Shown: positions 29,008-38,967 of the stretch, one piece after another | Numbering within the stretch: the stretch's first letter is position 1 | Layout of the letters: every line of letters begins with the position of its first letter | From: Candidatus Pacearchaeota archaeon | GTDB taxonomy: Archaea > Nanobdellota > Nanobdellia > Pacearchaeales > GW2011-AR1 | DNA: 64,000 nt | Assembly: GCA_038874355.1 (NCBI GenBank) | Contig: JAVZCO010000001.1 | Location: 434,159 to 498,158 of the forward strand | Direction: 5' to 3' | Notes under the pieces: model-generated | What the model was told of the DNA's origin: nothing | The model's input: the letters and a program-made list of their open reading frames with translations, nothing else | Database searches by the model: none | Position numbers and translations under genes: made by a program

Positions 29008-29427
29008 ATGAAAACTACAATTGATATAAAAAAAATAAGATATTTAAATATTTTTGAAAAAATAACTAATGTTAGAAGTAAAGATTGTTTTTTTTATAAT
29101 AATATCGTTTTTTTTGTTATAAAACAAAAAGATTTATTTAAAGCTATAGGAAAAAATTCAAAAAATTTAAAAGAAATATCTAAAGTCATAGGTAAAAAAA
29201 TAAAAGTAATTCCTTATACATCAAAATTAAAAGATGCTCCTAAATTTATAAAACAATTAATAAGTCCTATAGAAATAAATAATATAATAATAGAAAATGG
29301 GATAATAAAAATTGAAGCTGGAAGTAGACAAAATAAAGCTATTTTGATTGGAAGAGAAAAAAAAAGATTAGAAGAAATGAAAGAAATAATAAAAAATTTT
29401 TTTGGTCTTGATTTACAAATAATTTAG
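29008..29427 (+). CDS. nusA: Archaeal NusA (KH domains)
   Basis: KAIGKNSKN and AILIGREKKRL KH motifs; conserved position after rpoA. Confidence 0.88.
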   Translation: MKTTIDIKKIRYLNIFEKITNVRSKDCFFYNNIVFFVIKQKDLFKAIGKNSKNLKEISKVIGKKIKVIPYTSKLKDAPKFIKQLISPIEINNIIIENGIIKIEAGSRQNKAILIGREKKRLEEMKEIIKNFFGLDLQII

Positions 29428-29471
29428 GGAAAAAGTTTAAAAAGAAAGTTATTAACTTTTAATAAGTTAAG

Positions 29472-29894
29472 ATGGGATTAAAAAATGCTTTAAAATTAAT
29501 GAAGAGAAGAAAAAAATTTAGATGGCATGATAGAAATTATAAAGTCAGAACTCTAAATCTTTATAAAAAAGCAGATCCTTTAGAAGGAAAGAATCAAGCT
29601 AAAGGAATAGTTCTAGAAAAAGTACAAAAAGAAGCAAAACAGCCAAATTCTGCTATGAGAAAATGTGTTAAAGTTCAATTAATAAAAAATGGAAGAAATG
29701 TTATAGCTTTTGTTCCGGGAAATTTAGCTGTAAAATATATAGATGAACATGATGAAGTTATTGTTGAAAGAATAGGAGGTAAGCAAGGAAAGAGTAAAGG
29801 AGACATTCCAGGAGTTAGATTTAAAGTTATAAAAGTTAATGATCAACCTTTAAAACTTTTGTGGAAAGGTAAGATAGAAAAGGGTAGGAGATAA
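29472..29894 (+). CDS. rps12: 30S ribosomal protein S12 (uS12)
   Basis: [22 protein letters not shown]. Confidence 0.97.
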   Translation: MGLKNALKLMKRRKKFRWHDRNYKVRTLNLYKKADPLEGKNQAKGIVLEKVQKEAKQPNSAMRKCVKVQLIKNGRNVIAFVPGNLAVKYIDEHDEVIVERIGGKQGKSKGDIPGVRFKVIKVNDQPLKLLWKGKIEKGRR

Positions 29895-29895
29895 A

Positions 29896-30144
29896 ATGAA
29901 AAAAGAAAATTTGATAAGTAGAATTGAAGGAGATAAATTGATTAATGAAATAAAAGAAAAATTGGAAAATGAAGAGGAAATTATTATAGAAGTTATTGGA
30001 AAAATGAAAGAAGCTAAAGAGATATACAAAAAAATTTTATTTAATTTTAAAAGTAACGAGTATAAAGTTTATTATTTAAATAATAATTCAAAAAATTATA
30101 AAAATATATTATATCATATAATAATAGGAAAAATAAAAAAATAA
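29896..30144 (+). CDS. Hypothetical protein inserted in the str cluster
   Basis: 82-aa ORF tightly packed after rps12. Confidence 0.65.
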   Translation: MKKENLISRIEGDKLINEIKEKLENEEEIIIEVIGKMKEAKEIYKKILFNFKSNEYKVYYLNNNSKNYKNILYHIIIGKIKK

Positions 30145-30145
30145 A

Positions 30146-30376
30146 ATGAAAAGAGAAAATTTAAATAAAAAATTAGAAGAAGCTTTAGGAATGATGAATA
30201 AAAGAGGATTTGCTTTTTGTATATTTGATGGAGAAGAAGAAATAAAAGAAATTCCAGAGTTTAATAAAATTGTTTCTGAATATTTTAATAAAATTGGAAA
30301 AGAATACATTATTGAAAATTTATCTGTTTTTAATAATTATAAAGTTATTGGAATAAAAATAAGAGGGGAAAAATGA
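30146..30376 (+). CDS. Hypothetical protein inserted in the str cluster
   Basis: 76-aa ORF; ATGA overlap with rps7. Confidence 0.65.
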   Translation: MKRENLNKKLEEALGMMNKRGFAFCIFDGEEEIKEIPEFNKIVSEYFNKIGKEYIIENLSVFNNYKVIGIKIRGEK

Positions 30377-30963
30377 AAATATTCGACCTATATTCTACAG
30401 AAAATATCAAGGTGAATGATTCTGGGTTATCTAAATATATAAACTTAAAAGAAAAATTAGTTGTAAAAACTCATGGTAGAAAAAAAAGAAGATTTGAAAA
30501 GGCAGAAGTTAATATAATTGAGAGATTAATAAATTTATTATGTGTTCCTGGTCATAGAGGAAAAAAACATAAAATTCAAACTTCATGGGCATCTGGAAAG
30601 TACGAAAAGAATGCAAAAGTTGTTTTAAATGCTTTTAGGATAATAGAAGAAAAAACTAAACAAAATCCAATACAAATTTTAATTAAAGCAATAGAAAATT
30701 CTGCTCCTTGTGACGAAGTAACTACAATAGAGTATGGTGGTGCCAGATATCCTGTAGCAGTAGATGTTTCTCCTTATAGAAGATTAAGTTTAGCCTTAAG
30801 AAATATAGTTCACGGAGCTTATGATAAATCTTTCAATAAGAAAAAAAATTTAGCAGAAGGATTAGCAGATGAAATAATAGCAGCTTCTCAAGGAATAATA
30901 CAAGAAAGTTTTGCTGTACAAAAGAAAAATGATTTAGAAAAGCAAGCAGATTCCGCAAGATAA
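30373..30963 (+). CDS. rps7: 30S ribosomal protein S7 (uS7)
   Basis: NPIQILIKAIENSAP, YGGARYPVAVDVSPYRR. Confidence 0.96.
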   Translation: MKIFDLYSTENIKVNDSGLSKYINLKEKLVVKTHGRKKRRFEKAEVNIIERLINLLCVPGHRGKKHKIQTSWASGKYEKNAKVVLNAFRIIEEKTKQNPIQILIKAIENSAPCDEVTTIEYGGARYPVAVDVSPYRRLSLALRNIVHGAYDKSFNKKKNLAEGLADEIIAASQGIIQESFAVQKKNDLEKQADSAR

Positions 30964-31019
30964 TTCTTCTATTAAAAATTAGATAAATTTAAAAATAATA
31001 AAATTTAACAAACTAAAAA

Positions 31020-33209
31020 ATGGTAGAAAAAGAAACTCAGTTAGAAAAAATAAAAAGATTAAGTAAAGAAAGGAAAAATATTAGAAATATTGCTACTTCT
31101 GCCCATATACATCATGGTAAAACTGCTTTAACTGATAATTTATTAGCTGCTAGCGGTTATATGGCTGCTAAAAATGCGGGTGATTTAGAAGCAGGAATGG
31201 CTACTTGGCAACATGCGGACGAACAAGAAAGACTTTTAACAGTAGATGCTGCAAATGTTTCTATGGTTCATGAATATCAAGGTCAAGAATATCTTATTAA
31301 TTTAATTGATACTCCAGGTCATGTAGATTTTTCTGGTAATGTTACAAGAGCTATGAGAGCTATAGATGGTACAATAGTATTAGTTTGTGCAGTTGAGGGT
31401 ATTATGCCACAGACAGAAACTGTAATAAGACAGGCTCTTAGAGAAAGAGTTAAGCCAATTTTGTTTATAAATAAAGTAGATAGAATGATAAAGGAATTAA
31501 AATTAACACCAGAACAAATGCAAGAAAGATTTATTAAAATAGTAATTAATTTTAATGAATTGATAAAAAAGATTGCAGAAGAGGAGTATAAAAATAAATG
31601 GCAAGTTAATATAGCAGAAGGAAGTGTCGCTTTTGGTTCTGCAAGAGATAATTGGGCTTTGTCAGTTCCTTTTATGAAAAAGAAGGGAATAACATTTAAA
31701 GAAATTTCAAAGATATATGAAATGAAAGAAGAAGAAAGAAAAGAATGGTGCTGGAAAAATGCTCCTTTATACGAAGTTTTATTAGATATGGTAGTTAAAC
31801 ATTTGCCAAATCCAGAAGAAGCACAAAAATATAGAATACCAAAAATATGGCATGGTGATATAGAAAGTGATTTTGGTAAAGGTCTTTTAAATTGTGATCC
31901 TAATGCAAAACCGGCCTTTGTTATTACAAGAGTAGTTATTGATCCAAAATCAGGAAAAGAAGTTGCAGCCGGAAGATTATTTTCAGGAAAATTACAAGTT
32001 GGACAAGAAGTTTATTTAAATTTAGCAAAACAAAAACAAAGAATACAACAACTTTTAATATACAATGGAATAAAACCAGAACAAATTGAAGAAGTAGAAT
32101 GTGGTAATGTTATTGCAATAGCAGGAATAACAGGAGAAGCCGGAGAAACAATAACTTTAGATAAAGAAACGCCATTTGAAGAATTGAAGCATATTTTTGA
32201 ACCAGTAATAACAAAAGCAATAGAAGTAAAAAAGCCTTCTGATTTACCAAAATTAATTGATGTTTTAAGAAAAGTAGCAAAAGAAGATCCTTCAATAAAA
32301 GTACAAATTAATGAAGAAACAGGAGAAAATTTAATTTCAGGGATGGGAGAACTCCATTTAGAAATTATTGAAAATAGAATAAAAACAGAAAAAGGAGTTG
32401 ATGTTAAAACATCTAATCCTATAGTAGTTTTTAGAGAAACTGTAATAAAAAAATCTCAAGCTTTTGAAGGAAGATCTCCTAACAAACATAATTCTTTTTT
32501 TATTACAGCAGAACCTTTAGAAGATAATGTTTATGAAGCTATAAAATCAGGAGAGTTGCCAGAAGTAAGAATAAAAAAGAGAGACGATAATATAGTAAAT
32601 AAATTAAGAGAACTTGGAGTTGATAATGAAGAAATAAGACAATATAGAGATATATATAAAGGAAATGTTTTTCTTGATAAAACGAAGGGAGAGGTTCATA
32701 TAGGAGAAGTGATAGAATTAGTTTTAGATGCATTCGAACAAGTTTGTGATGCCGGTCCATTATCAAGAGAACCTTGCACAAAAATGAAAATATCTCTTGT
32801 AGACATAAGATTACATGAAGATGCTATCCATAGAGGACCTGCGCAAGTTTATCCAGCAGTAAGAGATGCTATTTATTCTGCTATGAGAGATGGGGCTGCT
32901 TGTTTATTAGAACCAATTCAAATTTATTTGATTGAAGCTCCAACAGAATTTTTATCTTCTCTTACAGGTTTAATTAATTCTAAAAGAGGACAACTATTAG
33001 AAGTAAACCAAGATGAATCTGGTGTTTCAATAAAAGCAAAAATACCGGTAGCAGAAATGATTGGATGGAGCAATGATTTAAGATCTGCAACAGAAGGAAG
33101 AGGTGTTGCGTCATTATGTGATCAAAAATTTGAAAAAGTTCCTACTGCATTACAATTAGAATACATAAAACAAATAAGAAATAGAAAAGGATTAAGTGAA
33201 AATCAATAA
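31020..33209 (+). CDS. fusA: Translation elongation factor aEF-2
   Basis: AHIHHGKT, DTPGHVDF, NKVD, LHEDAIHRGPAQ diphthamide loop, GMGELHL. Confidence 0.97.
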   Translation: MVEKETQLEKIKRLSKERKNIRNIATSAHIHHGKTALTDNLLAASGYMAAKNAGDLEAGMATWQHADEQERLLTVDAANVSMVHEYQGQEYLINLIDTPGHVDFSGNVTRAMRAIDGTIVLVCAVEGIMPQTETVIRQALRERVKPILFINKVDRMIKELKLTPEQMQERFIKIVINFNELIKKIAEEEYKNKWQVNIAEGSVAFGSARDNWALSVPFMKKKGITFKEISKIYEMKEEERKEWCWKNAPLYEVLLDMVVKHLPNPEEAQKYRIPKIWHGDIESDFGKGLLNCDPNAKPAFVITRVVIDPKSGKEVAAGRLFSGKLQVGQEVYLNLAKQKQRIQQLLIYNGIKPEQIEEVECGNVIAIAGITGEAGETITLDKETPFEELKHIFEPVITKAIEVKKPSDLPKLIDVLRKVAKEDPSIKVQINEETGENLISGMGELHLEIIENRIKTEKGVDVKTSNPIVVFRETVIKKSQAFEGRSPNKHNSFFITAEPLEDNVYEAIKSGELPEVRIKKRDDNIVNKLRELGVDNEEIRQYRDIYKGNVFLDKTKGEVHIGEVIELVLDAFEQVCDAGPLSREPCTKMKISLVDIRLHEDAIHRGPAQVYPAVRDAIYSAMRDGAACLLEPIQIYLIEAPTEFLSSLTGLINSKRGQLLEVNQDESGVSIKAKIPVAEMIGWSNDLRSATEGRGVASLCDQKFEKVPTALQLEYIKQIRNRKGLSENQ

Positions 33210-33210
33210 A

Positions 33211-33521
33211 ATTAAAATAATAAATGCGAAATTAGAAAATTTAGAAAAAATTCTTTTTTTATTAAATCAATTGAGCCCGTTAAAAGAAAGAGAGATAAAT
33301 AAAAATTAAAGAATATTTTTAATAAAATTACTACAGATAAAAATTATGTTCTTGTTATTTATGAAGAAGGGAAAAAATTATTAGGAACAGCAACTTTGCT
33401 TATTCAATTAAATTTATCTCGTTCTGAAAAACTATACGGAAATATAAAGAATATTGTTGTTTATAAAAATTTAAGAAAGATAGAGATAAGAAAAGAGATG
33501 AAACAGGAGAAATTAAGATGA
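33211..33521 (+). pseudogene. Degraded GNAT acetyltransferase (GNA1-like)
   Basis: Manual translation AKLENLEKILFLLNQLSP, break, then YEEGKKLLGTATLLIQLNLSR..YGNIKNIVVYKNLRK; no start codon, frameshifted, truncated. Confidence 0.6.
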
Positions 33522-33529
33522 GATTAAAT

Positions 33530-34207
33530 TTATTTTACTAATTTTTTTCTTACATAGTTTACAATCCTTCTATCTACTTCTAATAAAGAGCCTTTTCTTG
33601 GTAAACTGTATTTATAAATTAAAGAATTATAAATTTTAAATATCTTCTGAAAAAAATCTAATTCATCTTTTGGTTGTAATATATACATTGATTTTTTATT
33701 AAAATTTTTTTGAGTAAAATATCTTACAATATATTGTTGATCTATAATAGGAGATAGATTGGGAAGTAAAAAGTGAAGTAATTTTGAATTTGCAACTAAT
33801 TTTGTTTTATTATCTAAAACTTGAATATTTTGAAATATTTCAGATAACGAGAATAGCGCTTTTATAGATTTAGGATTTCCTACTTCATACGAACTTAAAA
33901 TTTTTATCAATCCCGAAAATTTATTTATTTGTTCTATAAATTCTTCAAAATCTTTCATTTTTGGTCCTCTTCTACCCATTTTATCCAAACCCCAGGATGA
34001 TAGGCAAGAATAACAATCTTTAAGAAAATTTCTGCTTTTTAATAAATCTTCAATACAATAATTTTTATGAGCACTAATAATTTCTTCATAAAAAAATTTA
34101 CTTGGACCTTTATCCCAATAAGGATTTCTATCTTTAAATTCTTCATTAAAATTTTTTATTAAAAAAAATGCTCTTTCATTAATTAACTCTTTAGTTTTTA
34201 ATTGCAT
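33530..34207 (-). CDS. Hypothetical protein, possibly an alpha-helical DNA-glycosylase-like family
   Basis: LSSWG and SKLLHFLLPNLSPIID motifs; the function is an inference. Confidence 0.6.
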   Translation of the reverse strand: MQLKTKELINERAFFLIKNFNEEFKDRNPYWDKGPSKFFYEEIISAHKNYCIEDLLKSRNFLKDCYSCLSSWGLDKMGRRGPKMKDFEEFIEQINKFSGLIKILSSYEVGNPKSIKALFSLSEIFQNIQVLDNKTKLVANSKLLHFLLPNLSPIIDQQYIVRYFTQKNFNKKSMYILQPKDELDFFQKIFKIYNSLIYKYSLPRKGSLLEVDRRIVNYVRKKLVK

Positions 34208-34331
34208 TTTAATCTAATGCTAATTGTTTAAAAAATCTTAAACTAAGTCTATATAAAAAATTTTCTAAAAAATCGAAACCTTTTTAAATATCATCTATTA
34301 TTAAGTTTTATTAAAATTAAATAAATATAAA

Positions 34332-35615
34332 ATGGCACACGAAAAACCAAATTTAAATGTTGTTTTTGTAGGACATGTTGATCATGGTAAATCAACATGT
34401 ATAGGAAGACTTATGTATGATTCTGGATTAATACCAGAACAAGAAATGCAAAAATTGAAGGAAGAGGCAGCAAAACATGGAAAAATTGGTTTTGAATTTG
34501 CTTTTGTTATGGATAAAGTTAAAGAAGAAAGAGAAAGAGGAGTTACAATTGATCTTGCTTACAAAAAATTAATAACACAAAAATATCAAATAACAATAAT
34601 TGATGCACCAGGACATAAAGATTTTGTTAAAAATATGATTACAGGTGCAAGTCAAGCAGATGCAGCTTTTCTTGTTGTAGCTTGTCAACATGGAATTATG
34701 CCACAAACAAAAGAACATCTTTGGCTTTTAAGAACAATGGGAGTAGAACAAATTGCAGTTATAATAAACCAAATGGACAGTGTTAACTATGATGAAGCAA
34801 AATATAATAAATTAAAACAAGATTTAACAGTTCTTTTAAAGACAGTAGGAATAAATGCAGACAAAGTTAATTTTATTGCTGCGAGTGGTTTGAAAGGAGA
34901 TAATATAGTAAAGAAATCATCAAATATGCCTTGGTATAAAGGACCTACTGTTTTAGAACAATTTGATTTATTTACAGAACCTCAAAAACCTGTTGATTTA
35001 CCTTTAAGAATGCCTATACAAGATGTTTATGAAATAACAGGAATAGGAACAGTTCCTGTAGGAAAAATAGAGACAGGAAAAATGAAACCAGGACAAAAAG
35101 TAATAATTTTACCTGGTAGAACAGGAAAAGGAATTGCAGGAGAGATAAAAACAATAGAAATGCATCATGAACAATTACCAGAAGCTATTGCAGGAGATAA
35201 TGTTGGTATTAATATAAGAGGAGTTGGAAAAAAGGATGTTGCAAGAGGAGATGTAATTTGTGATGCAAATTCTCCAGCTCCTGTAGTAGAGGAATTTATA
35301 GCACAAATTGTTGTTATTAATCATCCAACAGTTATTGCAAAAGGATATACTCCTGTTTTCCATGTACATACAGCACAAGTTCCTTGTAGATTTATTGAAA
35401 TACAGAAAAAAATGGATCCTAAAACAGGGCAAGTTATACAGGAAAATCCAGATTATATAAAAAATGGAGATGTAGCGATTGTAAAAATAAAACCTCAAGG
35501 TAATCTTGTATTAGAAAAACAAAAAGATAATCCTCATATGGCAAGATTTGCAATAAGAGATGCAGGAGCAACAGTTGCTGCTGGTGTTTGTATAGATCTT
35601 GTTCCTAAAAAATAA
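34332..35615 (+). CDS. tuf: Translation elongation factor aEF-1alpha
   Basis: [37 protein letters not shown]. Confidence 0.98.
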   Translation: MAHEKPNLNVVFVGHVDHGKSTCIGRLMYDSGLIPEQEMQKLKEEAAKHGKIGFEFAFVMDKVKEERERGVTIDLAYKKLITQKYQITIIDAPGHKDFVKNMITGASQADAAFLVVACQHGIMPQTKEHLWLLRTMGVEQIAVIINQMDSVNYDEAKYNKLKQDLTVLLKTVGINADKVNFIAASGLKGDNIVKKSSNMPWYKGPTVLEQFDLFTEPQKPVDLPLRMPIQDVYEITGIGTVPVGKIETGKMKPGQKVIILPGRTGKGIAGEIKTIEMHHEQLPEAIAGDNVGINIRGVGKKDVARGDVICDANSPAPVVEEFIAQIVVINHPTVIAKGYTPVFHVHTAQVPCRFIEIQKKMDPKTGQVIQENPDYIKNGDVAIVKIKPQGNLVLEKQKDNPHMARFAIRDAGATVAAGVCIDLVPKK

Positions 35616-35756
35616 TTTTAATCTTTTATTTTTTATATAAAAATATGTCCTACAAATAGAATTGTTTTTATTATTTTATTTTTTATTCTTTTATATTTTT
35701 ATTTTATGTTTTTAAATTATAGCAAAATTTAAAAATAGCATTTTTGTATAAAGAAT

Positions 35757-36299
35757 ATGATTACTATACAAGAAATTGATGAAAAATTAAAAACTATGAG
35801 TGATTTTTTGAAATTAGAATATTTAGAAGAAATAAGTAAAAAACAAAATTCCCTTGAAGTCAATAAATATGTAAGAAAAAAGTTAGCAGAATTATATGCT
35901 AATAAAGGAATGTATAGTAATGCTGCTAGACATTACGAAGTTTTAGCTGAACTTTCTGTTACATTTAAAGAAAAAATTGAGGCATATTTAAAAGAAGTAG
36001 AAATGTGGATAAAAGCTTCAGATTATGTTACCGCAGATGATATATTAAAGAGAGCTTTATCTAATGCAAATTCTTCTGAAAAAGAAAAAATAAAAAAAAC
36101 AGTTAAAGAAATGTATAAAAATCAAGCTTTGTTTTATGAAAAAAGAAATGAAAGGAATAAAGCATTAAAAATTTACGAAAAACTTTATAGTATAGAAACA
36201 GATTCTAATGAAAAAGAACTTTTAAAAAATAAGTTATTAGAACTTTACGAAAAAACAGGAAAAGTTAGAGAATATATGAGTTTAAAAGAGAAGAAATAA
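35757..36299 (+). CDS. TPR-like helical protein
   Basis: LAELYANKGMYSNAARHY TPR-like helices. Confidence 0.7.
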   Translation: MITIQEIDEKLKTMSDFLKLEYLEEISKKQNSLEVNKYVRKKLAELYANKGMYSNAARHYEVLAELSVTFKEKIEAYLKEVEMWIKASDYVTADDILKRALSNANSSEKEKIKKTVKEMYKNQALFYEKRNERNKALKIYEKLYSIETDSNEKELLKNKLLELYEKTGKVREYMSLKEKK

Positions 36300-36419
36300 A
36301 AAATTCTTTTTTAAATTTTATTTAGAGAAAAGGAGAAAAAATATCTTTGAATTCTTTATAACCTTTTTAATTTAAAAAACCATTTTTGGAAAGATTTATA
36401 AACATATATACTTAGTTAA

Positions 36420-36551
36420 TATAAGAATAAATATTAGAACATAATAGTGTATTAATTTTTATTAATAGTATTAATTTTAATTTATCATGCTTTTTTTGAA
36501 ATGAGAAAAAAATGAATTAATTATTTGTAAGTTCTAATATTTATTCTTATA
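36420..36551. repeat. 21-bp perfect inverted repeat enclosing a 90-nt spacer (structured dnaG leader or small RNA)
   Basis: TATAAGAATAAATATTAGAAC (36420-36440) / GTTCTAATATTTATTCTTATA (36531-36551). Confidence 0.85.
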
Positions 36552-36579
36552 AAATTAAAATAAAGTGAGGTAATGTAAA

Positions 36580-37785
36580 ATGGCAAAAATAAGTCCAGTT
36601 TCAATAAAGTATATGATTTATGCTAAATTTGAAGCAGAAGGAGCTTTAGATAAACCAGATGTAATCGGAGCCTTATTTGGACAAACAGAAGGTTTATTAG
36701 GAAAAGATTTAGAATTAAGAGAACTACAAAAAGAAGGAAAAATAGGAAGAATAGAAGTTGATTTATCTAATCAAGATGGAAAAACCATAGGTAAAATTGA
36801 AATACCATCAGCCTTAGATAAAACAGAAACAACTTTAATTGCAGCTGCTATTGAAACAATAGAAAGAATTGGTCCAACAATTGCTTCAATAAAAGTAGAA
36901 AAAATTGAAGATGTAAGGCAAAATAAAAGAGAATACATTTTAGAAAGAGCAAAATCATTATTAGAAGAATTAGAAAAAAGTTCTATTCATTCAAAAGAAA
37001 TAAAAGAAAAAGTTAATATTGAAAAACAAATTTCTAAATTAAAAGAGTATGGAGAAGAAAAATTACCAGCTGGAGATCTTTCTGGAGAAGAAATAATTGT
37101 TGTTGAAGGTAGAGCAGATGTAATCAATTTATTAAAAAATGGGATAGAAAATGTTATTGGAATGAATGGAACTAAACTTCCAAAAGAAATAAAAAATTTA
37201 GGAGAAGAAAAAATTTTAACTTTGTTTTTAGATGGTGATAGAGGAGGTTATTTAATAGCAAAAAACGCTATAGAAAATGCGAATATCGATTATATTACAT
37301 TTGCTCCAGATGGAAAAGAAGTTGAACAATTAACAGATAAAGAAATCTTACAATCTTTAAGAAAGAAAATCCCTTGTGAAGAATTTATTTCTAAAATAAA
37401 ATCTTTAGAAAGAAAAAGCCCTATTCCAAAAAGGGCTTTTTCTAAAATTTTTGAAAAAAAAAGAGATAATAAAAAAAATGAAAAAATAGAAGAAGAAAAT
37501 TTATTTAAAAAAATTGAAGAAAATAAAGAAAAATTAAAACAATTATTAAGAAAGATATCAAAATCTAATAATATTATTTTGTTAGATTATGATTTGAATA
37601 TTATTAAAAAAATCAATTCTAAAAAATTATATTCATCATTAAAAAATTATAAGAAAGAAGTAGCAATATTAATGATTGATAAAGCAACACGAAAGATAAT
37701 AGAAACTGCAGAAAATTTTAATATAGGTACAATAATTGCTAATAATTTTACAGGAACTGGAAATATAAATTTGTTAAGTTTTTGA
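36580..37785 (+). CDS. dnaG: Archaeal DnaG (TOPRIM, exosome-associated)
   Basis: DVIGALFGQTEGLLG, VVEGRADV, DGDRGG, APDGKEVE. Confidence 0.95.
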   Translation: MAKISPVSIKYMIYAKFEAEGALDKPDVIGALFGQTEGLLGKDLELRELQKEGKIGRIEVDLSNQDGKTIGKIEIPSALDKTETTLIAAAIETIERIGPTIASIKVEKIEDVRQNKREYILERAKSLLEELEKSSIHSKEIKEKVNIEKQISKLKEYGEEKLPAGDLSGEEIIVVEGRADVINLLKNGIENVIGMNGTKLPKEIKNLGEEKILTLFLDGDRGGYLIAKNAIENANIDYITFAPDGKEVEQLTDKEILQSLRKKIPCEEFISKIKSLERKSPIPKRAFSKIFEKKRDNKKNEKIEEENLFKKIEENKEKLKQLLRKISKSNNIILLDYDLNIIKKINSKKLYSSLKNYKKEVAILMIDKATRKIIETAENFNIGTIIANNFTGTGNINLLSF

Positions 37786-37822
37786 TAAAAAAATTTATAA
37801 ACTTAAATAGTATTTTTCTTTT

Positions 37823-38374
37823 ATGAAAAATGGTGTTATAAAAAAAGAAAAAAATTCTAATTTTAAAAAAATTTTTATTATAATATTAATAAGCATTATA
37901 ATCCTTCTTTTATCTTTACTAATATTTTCTTTTAAATATCAATATAAATGTAAAGACCATACATGTTTTAATTCAGCAGTTATTAATTGCCAAAGAAGTT
38001 ATTATTTAGATGATTCTGTAGAAGCGACATGGGAATATAGAATAAATGGAATAGAAAAAAAATGTTTATCTTACAATAAATTAGGTTTTTGTTTAAATTA
38101 TGAAAAAAGATGTTTGATAAATGTAAAATTACTTATGATAAAAGAGGGTAAAAAAGATTTACAATATCTTGTAGGAGAAGAGATGAATTGTTATATAACT
38201 AAAGAAGAAGCTATTTCTTTATTAAATCAAAATAAAAAAATAAAACCACAATCTAATCTTGATAAATGTAGTGGAAAATTAAAGGAAGATATCCAAAACA
38301 TAATAATTAAAAATCTTTGGGGTATAATTATAAAAAATCTTGGAACAATACAAGAAGAAGTAAGGCCTATATAA
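37823..38374 (+). CDS. Membrane-anchored Cys-rich hypothetical protein
   Basis: N-terminal TM; several Cys; CSGKLKE motif. Confidence 0.7.
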   Translation: MKNGVIKKEKNSNFKKIFIIILISIIILLLSLLIFSFKYQYKCKDHTCFNSAVINCQRSYYLDDSVEATWEYRINGIEKKCLSYNKLGFCLNYEKRCLINVKLLMIKEGKKDLQYLVGEEMNCYITKEEAISLLNQNKKIKPQSNLDKCSGKLKEDIQNIIIKNLWGIIIKNLGTIQEEVRPI

Positions 38375-38444
38375 TTTTAAATAAAAATAAATTTTAAGAA
38401 ATTTTAAAATCAATGAATAAAAATAAAAGTTTTTATTAATTTCT

Positions 38445-38822
38445 TTAAATAAAATTTTCTAGATTATTAAAAAAATCTTTATTCAATATTATTAAAGATT
38501 TTTTTATTTTTTCTCTTAAAATATTTTTTTCTTTAAAATCCTTTAAAAATATACTTTCTGGAACAAAATTTATTCTTATTTGAGAATTTTTTATAATCTT
38601 TTTAATTTTTAACGTTATCACAATAAAATTTAAAGGATTTTTTTGGGTTAGACAAATAGCTTTAACTTCTTCTAAATATGGGTTAATAAATTTAAAAATA
38701 ATTTTTTTATAATCGATAGGTTTTTTTAATACAATTATTTTTACTTCAGCTCCTAGTAATTTTTTAGGTAACAAAACTCCAGCGGAATTCCCAACCTTTA
38801 TTGTTCTTTTTATAAATTCCAT
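38445..38822 (-). CDS. AbrB-like/DUF2080-type DNA-binding protein
   Basis: KVGNSAGVLLPKKLLGAEVKI swapped-hairpin motif. Confidence 0.7.
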   Translation of the reverse strand: MEFIKRTIKVGNSAGVLLPKKLLGAEVKIIVLKKPIDYKKIIFKFINPYLEEVKAICLTQKNPLNFIVITLKIKKIIKNSQIRINFVPESIFLKDFKEKNILREKIKKSLIILNKDFFNNLENFI

Positions 38823-38835
38823 CTTGCATATTTTT

Positions 38836-38857
38836 TATGTTATAACTATGTTATAAC
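38836..38857. promoter_or_regulatory. Tandem TATGTTATAAC x2, putative operator
   Basis: Two adjacent 11-bp direct repeats, each containing the palindrome GTTATAAC, between a TATA box (38860-38867) and the start of the minus-strand gene. Confidence 0.5.
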
Positions 38858-38967
38858 ATTTTATAAACTTTTTGGTAGTTACATAAAAGATATTATTATA
38901 AAATGACGAAAGATTTATAAATGATTATTACATCATTTTAATAATAAATAAATTTAATGAAGAAAAA

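Noticed and set aside
36420..36551. SRP RNA or RNase P RNA
   Set aside because: Extremely AT-rich and lacks the conserved SRP helix 8 and RNase P P4 sequences
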